Positions 1 to 9,986 of a stretch of 64,000 nucleotides of DNA are shown piece by piece. Every line of letters begins with the position of its first letter. The first letter of the stretch is position 1. Position numbers and translations under genes: made by a program. Under the pieces are notes generated by a model, which searched no databases, was not told where the DNA came from, and worked only from the letters and a program-made list of their open reading frames with translations. The stretch is from an uncultured Sediminibacterium sp. (lineage in GTDB: Bacteria; Bacteroidota; Bacteroidia; Chitinophagales; Chitinophagaceae): the NCBI GenBank assembly GCA_964392685.1, contig CAYMQQ010000003.1:9150-73149 (forward strand), read 5' to 3'.

Positions 1-1
1 G

Positions 2-265
2 AAAGCGCAATTCATTACACCTGTTCAATCAAAACCCATATTGACAGATAGTTTGCGAAATACCGGCTTTCGTTTGTTGCCCGAAGATTATTACAGCAAA
101 AACTTATCATTTTTCTGTAAAAAAGAGTTGCAAATTGAAAAGCTCACCAAAGTACCGCTTCGTTTTCGATTAGGCAGCTTAGATCATGTCAATCAATTGG
201 AAGGAAAGCAGTCTACATTCATACCGGCTTCTCTTAGGCAGCCATCCGGTTTTCGTAAGGAATAG
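2..265 (+). CDS. Conserved hypothetical protein, 5'-truncated by the window edge
   Basis: The frame is open from base 2. The motif FFCKKELQIEK..PLRFRLGSLDHVNQLEGK resembles a small Chitinophagaceae hypothetical family (from memory). The 3' end overlaps the convergent gene by 32 bp. Confidence 0.55.
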   Translation, partial: KAQFITPVQSKPILTDSLRNTGFRLLPEDYYSKNLSFFCKKELQIEKLTKVPLRFRLGSLDHVNQLEGKQSTFIPASLRQPSGFRKE

Positions 266-740
266 ATCTGTATTGAATATGATCATTCAAAGCGTCAATT
301 AATAGTCTTTTATCATCTTCGGATAATTTTTCAAAAGGAATATTATCGGAAAAATAAGTAGACATGTACTTGATGGTGATCATTTTATCATCAATCACAA
401 CTTTTTTAATATCACTCCATACAACAATCTCACTTTCCTTTACATTGTAGTTTCCATGATGTAAATTCCATCTGATTCCTTCATCATCTACTTTCACAAA
501 GCAATTTTTTATTTTGCTATTTCTGTATTGTTTGTAAAGACGTTCCCCTGTACTAAAAAATAAAAAACTATAAGCAATGGGTGTAATATAATTTTCCCAA
601 TTATTAATGTTAGATGAGGGCCATATTAACCTGATTATATTACCAATGATAAGAACTATGAGCAGTACCAACCAAAAATAAAACCAGAAATTAAGCGGTA
701 TCGGTTTATAATAAGCTGTATGTGATTTAGGCTTATACAT
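234..740 (-). CDS. Hypothetical membrane protein (2 TM helices + soluble domain)
   Basis: 168-aa ORF with two hydrophobic segments; the start overlaps the stop of the upstream aminotransferase. Confidence 0.7.
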   Translation of the reverse strand: MYKPKSHTAYYKPIPLNFWFYFWLVLLIVLIIGNIIRLIWPSSNINNWENYITPIAYSFLFFSTGERLYKQYRNSKIKNCFVKVDDEGIRWNLHHGNYNVKESEIVVWSDIKKVVIDDKMITIKYMSTYFSDNIPFEKLSEDDKRLLIDALNDHIQYRSIPYENRMAA

Positions 741-1950
741 GAATTGTGGCGCTTGTTAATACTTTTTTGATTGCTGCTGCCATTTTTTCACCTTTCTCTT
801 TGATCTGCTCTTCAGTCCACAATAAACTGATAGCGGTTGAAATACATCTGCTCATTACGGCATCGCTTGCAGCAAATGAAGTCTCCTTTAATTTCAATAG
901 CGCATTTTGTTGTACATCACTTAATCTATTCAAAGTAGTCGCATTCTTTAAGTGATCCCATTTACTGATATAGTGCCAGTTATTTGCATACCAGTAAAAA
1001 TTACCCGCCAGTATTCCTTGTTCTTTCATTTCAGCGATCACCGCTTTTGTCAACGCTTCAGTTGGTAAAAACCAGCTCAAGAAACTACAACTATCTCCTG
1101 CTTCATCAGGTACTTTTCTAAAACTTACTTCAGGTATGGTTTCCAGATAAGCACGCAATGCTTTGTTATGCTTACGTTGCAAGCTCAGGAAAGTATCCAG
1201 TTTTTTGATCTGCGCCAATCCAACAGCAGCATGCAATTCACTGATCCGAAAATTGTATCCAATGAAAGGATGCAGATCAGCACCACGGTCTACTCCTTTA
1301 TGATCATGCCCATGATCTGTATAACCATCACATTTAGTCCAAACATCTTCACTGTTGGTCATCACCACACCACCTTCCCCACAAGTAATCGTCTTTACAA
1401 AATCAAAGGAGAATGTACCTGCATGACCAATGGTACCCAATGCTTTTCCTTTATACGTTCCACCGATACTCTGACAAGCATCTTCCAATAAGATCAGGTT
1501 ATGTTCAGTACAAATAGATTTCAGCGCATCCAGATCGGCCATACTACCACACATATGAACGGGCATCACACATTTGGTCTTTGGCGTAATGGCGGCTCTT
1601 ACGGAAGCAGGTGCAAGCGTTAATGTTTCATCTACATCTACCAGCACCGGTACCGCACCCACACTCAATACTGCTTCAAAACTGGCCACAAAAGTGAAAG
1701 AAGGCATGATCACTTCATCACCAGCTCCAATATTTAAAGCAGCCATCGCAGTGGTTAATGCTGCAGTTCCGCTAGACGTCAAATGAGCATATTGACAACC
1801 AAATACTTCAGTGATGGCTTTTTCCAATTCCTGGGCTTTCCAGATCCCTTTCCTTGGACCATCAAACCCATAACGCATCAGGATGCCTGTTTCCAGCACA
1901 TCATTCACTTCTTTTCTTTCCTCAGCTCCAAATAATTCGAATCCAGGCAT
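733..1950 (-). CDS. kdnA: DegT/DnrJ/EryC1/StrS PLP aminotransferase, KdnA (8-amino-Kdo transaminase)-like
   Basis: SSGTAAL, EDACQ and SFDFVKTITCGEGG PLP motifs. The N-terminus MPGFELFG and the segments DHGHDH..DRGA..HP and FYWY.NNWHY match Shewanella KdnA as I recall it. ATG at 1950. Confidence 0.75.
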   Translation of the reverse strand: MPGFELFGAEERKEVNDVLETGILMRYGFDGPRKGIWKAQELEKAITEVFGCQYAHLTSSGTAALTTAMAALNIGAGDEVIMPSFTFVASFEAVLSVGAVPVLVDVDETLTLAPASVRAAITPKTKCVMPVHMCGSMADLDALKSICTEHNLILLEDACQSIGGTYKGKALGTIGHAGTFSFDFVKTITCGEGGVVMTNSEDVWTKCDGYTDHGHDHKGVDRGADLHPFIGYNFRISELHAAVGLAQIKKLDTFLSLQRKHNKALRAYLETIPEVSFRKVPDEAGDSCSFLSWFLPTEALTKAVIAEMKEQGILAGNFYWYANNWHYISKWDHLKNATTLNRLSDVQQNALLKLKETSFAASDAVMSRCISTAISLLWTEEQIKEKGEKMAAAIKKVLTSATIHV

Positions 1951-2004
1951 AAAAAACTGTTTAGGGTTCAAAAATACAAAGAATCATCTTGATCGTTGAG
2001 TGTA

Positions 2005-2087
2005 GATCTTTGAATTTTTGATCTTTGATTTCTTGATTTCAGTATTTATTAGATCAACAAATCAAAGATCAAAAAATCAAAAATTCA
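2005..2087. repeat. Heptamer-based palindromic intergenic repeat (TTTGATy / rATCAAA)
   Basis: tttttgatctttgattt (2015-2031) is the exact reverse complement of 2059-2075. The 22 bp caaatcaaagatcaaaaaatca is identical to 33309-33330. Confidence 0.85.
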
Positions 2088-2106
2088 TTCCACCTATCTT
2101 TGCCCC

Positions 2107-2757
2107 ATGACTGCAACGCTCTTCTACTGCTACGACGCCTATTGTGGGTGGTGTTATGGATTTAGTCCGGTAATGAAACAAATTCAGGAAAACTATCCTC
2201 AATTACCTATTGAAGTATTATCAGGTGGGATGATTTTACCGGAAGAGCCTGTTTCCATTGCTGCCACAGCCGGATATATTCAAAAAGCATACAAGACGGT
2301 GGAAGAATATACCGGCATTACATTCGGACCAGACTATTTGTGGCATATCAACAATCCGGATCTGAGCGATTGGTTTCCGCATTCTGAAAAACCGGCTATT
2401 GCTCTTTGTATTTTCAAAGAATTCTATCCGGATCAACAAGTAGCTTTTGCATCTGATTTACAATACGCTTTACACTTTGAAGGTCGTGATTTAACAGATG
2501 ATGAGGCTTACAGACACCTACTAGAGAAATACAGCATCCACCCTGAAACCTTTTACGAGAAGCTGAAAAGTGATACGTATAAAGAACAGGCTTATTATGA
2601 ATTTTCATTGGTGAAACAATTGCAAGTGACAGGCTACCCTTGCGTATTGATACAAATCAGTGAAACAAAATTTCATCTGTTGGCAAGAGGATATACTGAT
2701 TTTGATACGCTGAAAAGCAGACTGGATAATGTTTTAAGTGAGTTACAAAAGGGTTAG
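2107..2757 (+). CDS. DsbA family thioredoxin-fold protein
   Basis: YDAYCGWCYGF CxxC motif and a cis-Pro loop (VTGYP). Confidence 0.9.
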   Translation: MTATLFYCYDAYCGWCYGFSPVMKQIQENYPQLPIEVLSGGMILPEEPVSIAATAGYIQKAYKTVEEYTGITFGPDYLWHINNPDLSDWFPHSEKPAIALCIFKEFYPDQQVAFASDLQYALHFEGRDLTDDEAYRHLLEKYSIHPETFYEKLKSDTYKEQAYYEFSLVKQLQVTGYPCVLIQISETKFHLLARGYTDFDTLKSRLDNVLSELQKG

Positions 2758-2843
2758 CACTAACACAAAGAAACGTTAAGATATAAGAGTGGTTGTTGCT
2801 TATCGATTCATCGGAATAGTTTTCGTTTTCAAATCATATACAC

Positions 2844-3965
2844 ATGAAGTTGATCTTTACCATCACAGCACTAAGCTGTGCATTTTCGTTAATGGCACAG
2901 AATGCCAAAATGGACTTTGAAAAATATGAACCAAAAAGTACACTTGTAGTACCGGAACATAAAGTTACCAAAGCCAAATTCCCTTTCATTGATGTACACA
3001 ATCACCAATTCAATATGCCCTCGCAAGACGTAAAAGCATTGTTGAAACAAATGGATGAATTGAACATGCGTGTGATGGTGAATCTAAGTGGCAGGGGATT
3101 TAAATCTGTGAATGGACAATTTGGTTTACAGGATCCACAATATTTGGCTGACGCTATTGCCAATGCCAAGAAAGCAACGCCCAACAGGATCATTCATTTT
3201 ACCAATGTGTCATTCATTGGTGTGGGAGAACCCGGATGGGCAGAAAGAGCGGTGAAGGAATTAGAGAACGATGTAAAAGCGGGTGCCAATGGTCTGAAAG
3301 TATACAAGAACTTAGGGTTTTCTTTCAAAGACAATACCGGTAAATTATTGCGTATTGATGACCCCAGATTGGATCCAATTTGGGCAAAATGTGGCGAGTT
3401 AAAAATACCGGTGCTGATCCACAGCGCAGACCCCGAACCATTCTGGCAACCCTTAGATGATCAAAATGAACGTTGGCTGGAACTGGCCACCAGACCCGAT
3501 CGTAAAAGAAGTGATACCGATCCTGCACCTTGGGCTGATCTCATTCAACAACAGCACAATATCATCAAGCGTCATCCAAAAACCAATTTCATTGCTGCAC
3601 ATTTTGGATGGTATCCAAATAATTTGGCTAAGCTTGGAAGCTTATTAGATGCCATGCCGAATATGTATGTGGAATTTGGGGCAGTTATTGCAGAGCTAGG
3701 TCGACAACCAAGAATGGCGAAAGCTTTCTTTGATAAATACCAAGACCGTATCATGTTTGGAAAAGACAGTTGGGTACCTGATGAATATGCTACTTATTTC
3801 CGTGTATTGGAAACAACAGATGAATACTTCCCATATCACAAAAAATACCATGCTTTTTGGAAAATGTATGGGATGGGATTGAGTGATGAAGTGTTGAAGA
3901 AAGTGTATTACAAAAATGCACTCAGACTGATTCCGAATATTGATAAGACTTTATTTCCTGATTAG
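2844..3965 (+). CDS. Secreted amidohydrolase (Amidohydro_2 family)
   Basis: Signal peptide; IDVHNH metal motif; PVLIH, IAAHFG and RIMFGKD motifs. Confidence 0.85.
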   Translation: MKLIFTITALSCAFSLMAQNAKMDFEKYEPKSTLVVPEHKVTKAKFPFIDVHNHQFNMPSQDVKALLKQMDELNMRVMVNLSGRGFKSVNGQFGLQDPQYLADAIANAKKATPNRIIHFTNVSFIGVGEPGWAERAVKELENDVKAGANGLKVYKNLGFSFKDNTGKLLRIDDPRLDPIWAKCGELKIPVLIHSADPEPFWQPLDDQNERWLELATRPDRKRSDTDPAPWADLIQQQHNIIKRHPKTNFIAAHFGWYPNNLAKLGSLLDAMPNMYVEFGAVIAELGRQPRMAKAFFDKYQDRIMFGKDSWVPDEYATYFRVLETTDEYFPYHKKYHAFWKMYGMGLSDEVLKKVYYKNALRLIPNIDKTLFPD

Positions 3966-3969
3966 ATTA

Positions 3970-4005
3970 ATTACGCCACAGATTGAATCTGATCTGTGGC
4001 GTAAT
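3970..4005. terminator. Hairpin between convergent genes (bidirectional terminator / REP-like)
   Basis: attacgccacagat-N8-atctgtggcgtaat, a 14-bp perfect stem. Confidence 0.75.
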
Positions 4006-4017
4006 ACAAACAATCCA

Positions 4018-4410
4018 TTAGAGATAAGATTTTGTCGACAACCGAACCTCTTTTAATTGCCCGGCAATCGTTTTGATAGCAGCCTCAATTTTTACCACCT
4101 GTTCATTGGATGGTTGTTTATGTCCGGATGAGTATTGTCTTATTAAACTCGAATTGATTCCAGCCAATGCTGCAATTTTAGATTGGTTGAGAAAATTAAA
4201 CTGCTCAAAGAACATGGTTAAATCATAACTATATTCAAATTCAACAGTATCCATTTTTTCAAAATCTTTCAGGGCTTTTTTTAGCTTTTTTTCCAGTAAT
4301 GTCACATTAGTAGCATAGTCAACAATAAGATGATTGCCAATAGTTACTCGCCCCCATATTTTGTTACGATCTTTTTCGAGAATTAATGGTAGTTTTTTTA
4401 GCTTACGCAT
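4018..4410 (-). CDS. hicB: HicB-like antitoxin with C-terminal HTH
   Basis: Directly downstream of hicA; XRE-like HTH NQSKIAALAGINSSLIRQYSSGHKQPS. Confidence 0.7.
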   Translation of the reverse strand: MRKLKKLPLILEKDRNKIWGRVTIGNHLIVDYATNVTLLEKKLKKALKDFEKMDTVEFEYSYDLTMFFEQFNFLNQSKIAALAGINSSLIRQYSSGHKQPSNEQVVKIEAAIKTIAGQLKEVRLSTKSYL

Positions 4411-4451
4411 AATTGATTCAGTTATCAGTTAATAGAGTTGATCTCAGAAAA

Positions 4452-4634
4452 TTATTTTAGTCCTGCTTGTTTCAGTATGGCGTTTAATGTGCCTTTAGGA
4501 ATATCGCCACCATGTATCGGAACCGTTACTTTCCCTTTTTTATTCGGATGCACAAGCTGAAGATGACTCCCATTTTGTTCTTTCTTCACCCATCCATCTT
4601 TTTTTAGTTTTTGAGGTAATTCCCTGATTTTCAT
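4452..4634 (-). CDS. hicA: HicA family mRNase toxin
   Basis: GW..GSH..HP..KGKVTVPIHGGDIPKGTLNAILKQAGL signature. Confidence 0.92.
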   Translation of the reverse strand: MKIRELPQKLKKDGWVKKEQNGSHLQLVHPNKKGKVTVPIHGGDIPKGTLNAILKQAGLK

Positions 4635-4712
4635 TGACTGCATATTTTGTGCAGCCTATTCTTTCTGATATCGTAAATCAAATATAGGTAACAAAAACGT
4701 TACTTCATACTC

Positions 4713-5255
4713 TTAAAAAAGTCTTTCATTCGGCGGTGTCACTCCATGTAAGCGAATATAAATAGTACACTGTCCGCGATGATGGGTCTGGTGTTCAAAA
4801 CCTTTCATGATCCAACTAAGCCTGGATTCATTAAAATTACCACGCTTCACCAATTCCCCCAGCTGATTGGCATCCATGGCTTTGATACCATCAATCGCAA
4901 AATCATAGCTTGCATTTACATAATAACTTACCGAGTCTTTACTTTGAGCAGTCGCTGATTTTTCCATATTGTACCCCGGAAAAATTCGGGTTTTGCCGGT
5001 ACCGTTGGCAGACAGTCCAATACTACCCTGTGCCAGATGCAACATTTGTTCTGCAAAACTTCTGATACCTTCTACCGGTTTAGCTGTGTATTTATCAGCC
5101 GGCATGGCAGCGAGGTATTCAGCAGTATATGCTTTGGCTCTTTCCCAGTCTTTGATCAACTGTGCTTTTACAGAATCGGGAGCTACTGTTTGTGCAATAC
5201 CAACAGTGCTACAAAAAAAGATCAGTATACAACTGATCATGATAGTTTTTTTCAT
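4713..5255 (-). CDS. DinB family protein with signal peptide
   Basis: RSFAEQMLHLA and EHQTHHRGQ metal-binding His motifs. Confidence 0.88.
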   Translation of the reverse strand: MKKTIMISCILIFFCSTVGIAQTVAPDSVKAQLIKDWERAKAYTAEYLAAMPADKYTAKPVEGIRSFAEQMLHLAQGSIGLSANGTGKTRIFPGYNMEKSATAQSKDSVSYYVNASYDFAIDGIKAMDANQLGELVKRGNFNESRLSWIMKGFEHQTHHRGQCTIYIRLHGVTPPNERLF

Positions 5256-5279
5256 GTGTTTAGTTTTATATGATAAGCA

Positions 5280-5666
5280 TTAAAATGTTTGAGGAATGCT
5301 ATGTAAGGCAACACGGTTTCCTTCAGAATCAATGAACACTGCCATGAAGCCATATTCAGGAGATATTTCTGTTTTTGGAACGATGATCTTTCCACCTGCA
5401 GCTTCCACTCTATCTAAGATGATCTGAAGATCCGGATTGCCATTTAGATATACCAATGGACCATCTGTTGCAGATACTTTATGAAAGCCGCCACTATCGC
5501 AAAGTGCACCACCTACTGCAACACTATTATCTACCGGAAACATGCGCATTTTGATATTGGGCAGATCCAATGGAATCATTTTAAAATCAAAAATCGTTTC
5601 ATAAAACTGTTGTGCGCGGTTGATATCCGTTACCGGAATTTCAAACCAACTGATCGCATGTTCCAT
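5280..5666 (-). CDS. VOC/glyoxalase family protein
   Basis: WFEIPV..RAQQFY, VEAAGG and DSEGNRVALH motifs. Confidence 0.92.
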   Translation of the reverse strand: MEHAISWFEIPVTDINRAQQFYETIFDFKMIPLDLPNIKMRMFPVDNSVAVGGALCDSGGFHKVSATDGPLVYLNGNPDLQIILDRVEAAGGKIIVPKTEISPEYGFMAVFIDSEGNRVALHSIPQTF

Positions 5667-5691
5667 AAATATCTGTTTAGGGGGTTAAATA

Positions 5692-6189
5692 TTATAGCTT
5701 AGATCTTGTTTCTTTTAGTCCTTTCATTTTTAAATATTCCAATAACTCTTTGGCATCTTCTCCTCCTCTTTGTGCATGATGCAGCAGCGTGAATCCATGA
5801 GGTCCACGAGCTGTTAAATAAGCAGGGAAAGCTTCTATAAAGCCTTTCACTATTTCCGTTTTGCCCAACATGGTCAATACAAACAAATTGGTTCTGGCTC
5901 CTTTTTCGATCAAAAATTGAGCGATTTCTTTATTACCCACATGACCGGCTCCTTCTATGGCTGTTTCAAAATCACCACCTCCCAAATCGTGTGCTGCATA
6001 CACCAACGCAGGCTGCTCTTCATAAAGTTTTTTTACTTTATCAAGGTTATTATGTCCCGCTCCCACAAATTCTTGAACCAATAACTTATCCAAGGGCGGA
6101 ACTTTTTCTGTTTGTGCCACCAGTCCGGAAGGCGCATACAATACTGCGGTTCCAAATGATAAAGTCTTTAAAAAATCTTTTCTTTTCAT
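5692..6189 (-). CDS. Ankyrin-repeat protein with Tat-like signal
   Basis: N-terminus MKRKDFLK; ankyrin-like ETAIEGAGHVGNKEIAQFLIEKGA and GFTLLHHA. Confidence 0.75.
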   Translation of the reverse strand: MKRKDFLKTLSFGTAVLYAPSGLVAQTEKVPPLDKLLVQEFVGAGHNNLDKVKKLYEEQPALVYAAHDLGGGDFETAIEGAGHVGNKEIAQFLIEKGARTNLFVLTMLGKTEIVKGFIEAFPAYLTARGPHGFTLLHHAQRGGEDAKELLEYLKMKGLKETRSKL

Positions 6190-6472
6190 ACATGGATCAG
6201 TGCCTCTGCAGGGGGATTAAATAATAATATGATTTGTTAAAGAATTTTCTGATGAAAAGCAGCGTAAGTCATTTCAGGAAGACAAAAAATATGGGTTTCT
6301 CAGTGCTTCACTCATCACAAGTTATAACCACCTGTCGATGAATACAACCATTGACGCTGAAATCTTCGATCATACAGGATGGTTTTACTGTATTTATCCG
6401 TAAGAACTTAGTTGTATTGACCTGCCAACTCTGATGCTTTTTCCCTTACTTTGCAGCCCTAACATTTTGTAT

Positions 6473-6883
6473 ATGGAGTATAGTAAATTGATATCTATTA
6501 CCGGACTTCCCGGATTGTTTGAAATGCTTGGAAGCAAGACCGATGGCGCTATCGTGCGTTCATTGGATGATAAAACTACCAAGTTTGTCAGCAGTCGTGT
6601 ACATAACTTTTCTCATTTGGAAAGTATTGAAGTATATACGGTACGCGAAAATGTGAACCTTGTAGAGGTATTTCAAGCCATGGAAAAAAGCAAGGAAAAA
6701 TTACCGGCAGAAAATGATGCAAAAGCAGTGAAGACGTATTTTGAAAAAGTATATGCTGATATGGATTTTGATCGTGTATATGCCAGTGACATGAAAAAGA
6801 TGGTAAAATGGTTCAATATCCTGAAAGCCAATCAGGTAGAACTCAAATTAACTGAAGAAGAAACTGAAGAAGGAGAAGCATAA
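6473..6883 (+). CDS. DUF5606-family conserved Bacteroidota protein
   Basis: ISITGLPGLF..., DRVYASDMKKMVKWFNIL and an acidic tail; ATG at 6473. Confidence 0.8.
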   Translation: MEYSKLISITGLPGLFEMLGSKTDGAIVRSLDDKTTKFVSSRVHNFSHLESIEVYTVRENVNLVEVFQAMEKSKEKLPAENDAKAVKTYFEKVYADMDFDRVYASDMKKMVKWFNILKANQVELKLTEEETEEGEA

Positions 6884-6903
6884 TCGCTTTCAGCCGCTTT
6901 AAG

Positions 6904-6931
6904 ACCCGCATCAATAGTTGCGGGTTTTTTT
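6904..6931 (+). terminator. Rho-independent terminator
   Basis: acccgca-N8-tgcgggt followed by a T-run. Confidence 0.85.
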
Positions 6932-7017
6932 ATGCATCATCATTTAGAGCATTTTTAAAACCTGCAAAAAACCGCAAATAAAGTAGAATCCTTAACTTGT
7001 GCCCAGAACCTCAACAT

Positions 7018-9918
7018 ATGAAAAAACTTTTTCTGTTCTGTCTTTCTGCATTGATTTTCACTGGCATCGCTGCTCAGCAATTTTATGAGCATACACCCGA
7101 AGCTGATAAATGGGTACGCAAACAATTCCGCAAATTATCGAAAGACCAACGCATCGCTCAGTTGATGATCATTCGTGCGCATAGTAATCTTGGAGCAGAT
7201 CATGTGAAAGAAGTGACCGATCTTATTAAAAAATACAATGTAGGTGGACTTTGCTTTTTTCAAGGTGGGCCTGTTCGGCAAGCCAATCTTACAAACGAAT
7301 ATCAGAAGATCGCAAAAACACCTTTGATGATTGCCATTGATGGTGAGTGGGGTTTGGGTATGCGATTAGACAGTGTGATCAACTTTCCTCGTCAACTGAT
7401 GATGGGTGCTGTTCCGGATGCAAAACTGATTTATCAATTCGGATTAGCTGTGGGTGAACAATGTAAAAGAATAGGCATTCATGTGAATTATGCACCGGAT
7501 ATTGATATCAACAACAATCCCATGAATCCTGTGATCAATGACAGGAGTTTTGGCGAAGACAAATACAAAGTGGCACTCTTTGGTGTACAATACATGAAAG
7601 GCATGCAGGATGTAGGTGTGATGGCATGCGCCAAACATTTTCCAGGTCATGGTGATGTTAGTGTAGACTCTCATTATGATCTACCTGTGATCAATAAAAC
7701 ACGTGCGCAATTGGATCAGCTGGAATTATATCCATTCCGCGAATTGATCAAAGCCGGAGTAGGTAGTATGATGATTGCCCATTTGGCTATTCCTTCTATT
7801 GATAGCACTGCCAATCTTCCTACTTCTTTATCCGCAAAAAATGTAACAGACCTGCTGCGTAATGAATTGGGGTATCAGGGTATTTCATTTACTGATGCAT
7901 TGGAAATGCAGGGTGTTGCGAAATTTTTCCCTAAAGGAGATGCATCTGTTATGTCGTTGATAGCGGGTAATGATATGCTTTGTTTGCCCGGAGATATCCC
8001 GGGAAGTATCCAAAAAGTAAGACAAGCCATCAAAGAAGGAAAACTTACTTGGGATGATCTCAATGCAAGGGTTAAAAAAGTATTACTGGCAAAATACCAT
8101 CTTGGATTACATAAAAAACAAGTCATCAATACTGAAAATTTAGCAGAAGATCTCAATGCAAAAACCAATGAAATCAAAAAGGCATTGGCAGCCAATGCAT
8201 TGACTTTACTTCGCAAGGGTAATGAAAACTTATTACCGCTTAAAAGTAATAAAGTAGCTTTTGTAGGTATCGGTATCAATAAAGCCAATGCTTTTGCAAC
8301 ACGTGTACAGCAAGCGTTTAATGCTGATCTTTTCTTTTTTGAAAACAAGGATACCATTACAAAAGTCAACAGTATTCTTGAACAACTCAAGAACTATGAC
8401 GCAGTTGTGGTAGGATTTCATAATTACAATCGCAGACCCGCTAATCAATTTGGTTTGAGCAAAAACAGTCTTGATTTATTGAACAGATTACAAGGAAACA
8501 ACAGCATCACATTTGCTTTTGGAAACCCTTATGCAGTGCAATACATCTGTAATAGCAATAACCTGGTTGTTTGCTATGAAGATGATGAGATCACTCAGCA
8601 GGCAGCTGCTGATTTGTTGATGGGTAAAATCAATGTTAAAGGAAAATTACCGGTAACCGTTTGTGAAGGATTTCGTTTTGGAGATGGTATTGTTTATGAC
8701 AATATGCTCCCCCTTGCCAAACCTGAAACTGTAGGCATGCGAGGTGAAACACTTCAACAAATTGAAGCCATCGCAAAAGCTGCCATCGATAGTGGCGCTG
8801 CCCCAGGTATGGTAGTGCTAGCGGCTAAGAACGGGAAAGTAGTGTATCATCAGGCATTTGGTCATACCAATGCCGATCGTACGATACCTATGAATAATGA
8901 TATGGTGTTTGATCTGGCTTCGGTTACAAAAATTTCAGCGACTACCATGGGTATCATGAAATTGTATGAAGAGGGAAAAATTGATCTCAATAAAACTTTA
9001 GGTGATTACCTCAGTTGGACAAAAGGCACTGATAAAGCACCTTTAAAATTGGTTGATATTTTACTGCATCAAGCCGGATTGAATCCATTTATTCCTTTTT
9101 ATCGGGAAGTGATTGATACTGCAACAGGAAATCCTTTTCCACAATATTTCACTCAAACAGCCACACCACAATATTCGTATCGTGTCGCAGAAAATGTATA
9201 CTTACGCAATGATTGGAGAGATACTATGTTCAGCAGGATTTTATCCAGCAAACTCACCGAACAAGGTAAGTATGTTTACAGTGATAATGATTTTATTTTC
9301 TTAGGTCAAATCATAGAAGCAGTGAGTGGAATGAGCTTAGACAATTATGTTCGTAAAACTTTTTATGAACCCTTGGGCATGACTTCTACCATGTACAAAC
9401 CAAGAGAGTCGATGCCATTAAGTGTATTGGTACCAACAGAAGTAGAAACGCATTTTCGCAAACAACAAATGCATGGTGATGTACATGATGAAGGTGCTGC
9501 CATGTTTGGAGGTGTTGCCGGACATGCAGGTTTATTTAGTAATGCCTATGATCTTGCAAAGCTGTATCAATTACTGCTCAATGGAGGTGAACTGAATGGC
9601 ATTCGTTTGTTGAATAAAACAACGATCGACAAATTCACTGCCTATAATAGTGAGATCAGTCGCCGCGGATTGGGTTTTGATAAACCCGAAAAAGACAATA
9701 CCACCCGAAAAGAGCCATATCCGTCTCTCAGTGTTTCCCCTGCTACTTTTGGACATACCGGTTTTACAGGAACCTGTGTTTGGGTAGATCCGGCAGAGCA
9801 ACTTATCTATATTTTTCTTTCCAATCGGGTTAACCCTAGCCGAAATAGTAACAAACTAGGCCGTTTAAATGTGCGTCCAAACATACAGGAAGCCATTTAT
9901 GGAGCTATTGTGAGGTAA
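7018..9918 (+). CDS. GH3 beta-N-acetylglucosaminidase fused to a beta-lactamase-like serine hydrolase
   Basis: KHFPGHGDVSVDSH (NagZ-type) motif; C-terminal SVTK (SxxK), YSD and GHTGFTGT motifs; signal peptide. Confidence 0.9.
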   Translation: MKKLFLFCLSALIFTGIAAQQFYEHTPEADKWVRKQFRKLSKDQRIAQLMIIRAHSNLGADHVKEVTDLIKKYNVGGLCFFQGGPVRQANLTNEYQKIAKTPLMIAIDGEWGLGMRLDSVINFPRQLMMGAVPDAKLIYQFGLAVGEQCKRIGIHVNYAPDIDINNNPMNPVINDRSFGEDKYKVALFGVQYMKGMQDVGVMACAKHFPGHGDVSVDSHYDLPVINKTRAQLDQLELYPFRELIKAGVGSMMIAHLAIPSIDSTANLPTSLSAKNVTDLLRNELGYQGISFTDALEMQGVAKFFPKGDASVMSLIAGNDMLCLPGDIPGSIQKVRQAIKEGKLTWDDLNARVKKVLLAKYHLGLHKKQVINTENLAEDLNAKTNEIKKALAANALTLLRKGNENLLPLKSNKVAFVGIGINKANAFATRVQQAFNADLFFFENKDTITKVNSILEQLKNYDAVVVGFHNYNRRPANQFGLSKNSLDLLNRLQGNNSITFAFGNPYAVQYICNSNNLVVCYEDDEITQQAAADLLMGKINVKGKLPVTVCEGFRFGDGIVYDNMLPLAKPETVGMRGETLQQIEAIAKAAIDSGAAPGMVVLAAKNGKVVYHQAFGHTNADRTIPMNNDMVFDLASVTKISATTMGIMKLYEEGKIDLNKTLGDYLSWTKGTDKAPLKLVDILLHQAGLNPFIPFYREVIDTATGNPFPQYFTQTATPQYSYRVAENVYLRNDWRDTMFSRILSSKLTEQGKYVYSDNDFIFLGQIIEAVSGMSLDNYVRKTFYEPLGMTSTMYKPRESMPLSVLVPTEVETHFRKQQMHGDVHDEGAAMFGGVAGHAGLFSNAYDLAKLYQLLLNGGELNGIRLLNKTTIDKFTAYNSEISRRGLGFDKPEKDNTTRKEPYPSLSVSPATFGHTGFTGTCVWVDPAEQLIYIFLSNRVNPSRNSNKLGRLNVRPNIQEAIYGAIVR

Positions 9919-9986
9919 AACCATATTTCTGTAAATATTACTTTGTAGGCTTTAACTTCGTATACTATAATCATTAATGTATACAT

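Noticed and set aside
6190..6472. Riboswitch, small ORF or LytTR boxes in the divergent intergenic region
   Set aside because: There is no recognisable aptamer, the atcga-like repeats are weak and irregularly spaced, and ORF 6394..6582 is antisense to a real gene.
8700..9918. Beta-lactam resistance gene
   Set aside because: The SxxK domain is fused to a NagZ-type GH3, which fits peptidoglycan/GlcNAc recycling better than resistance.
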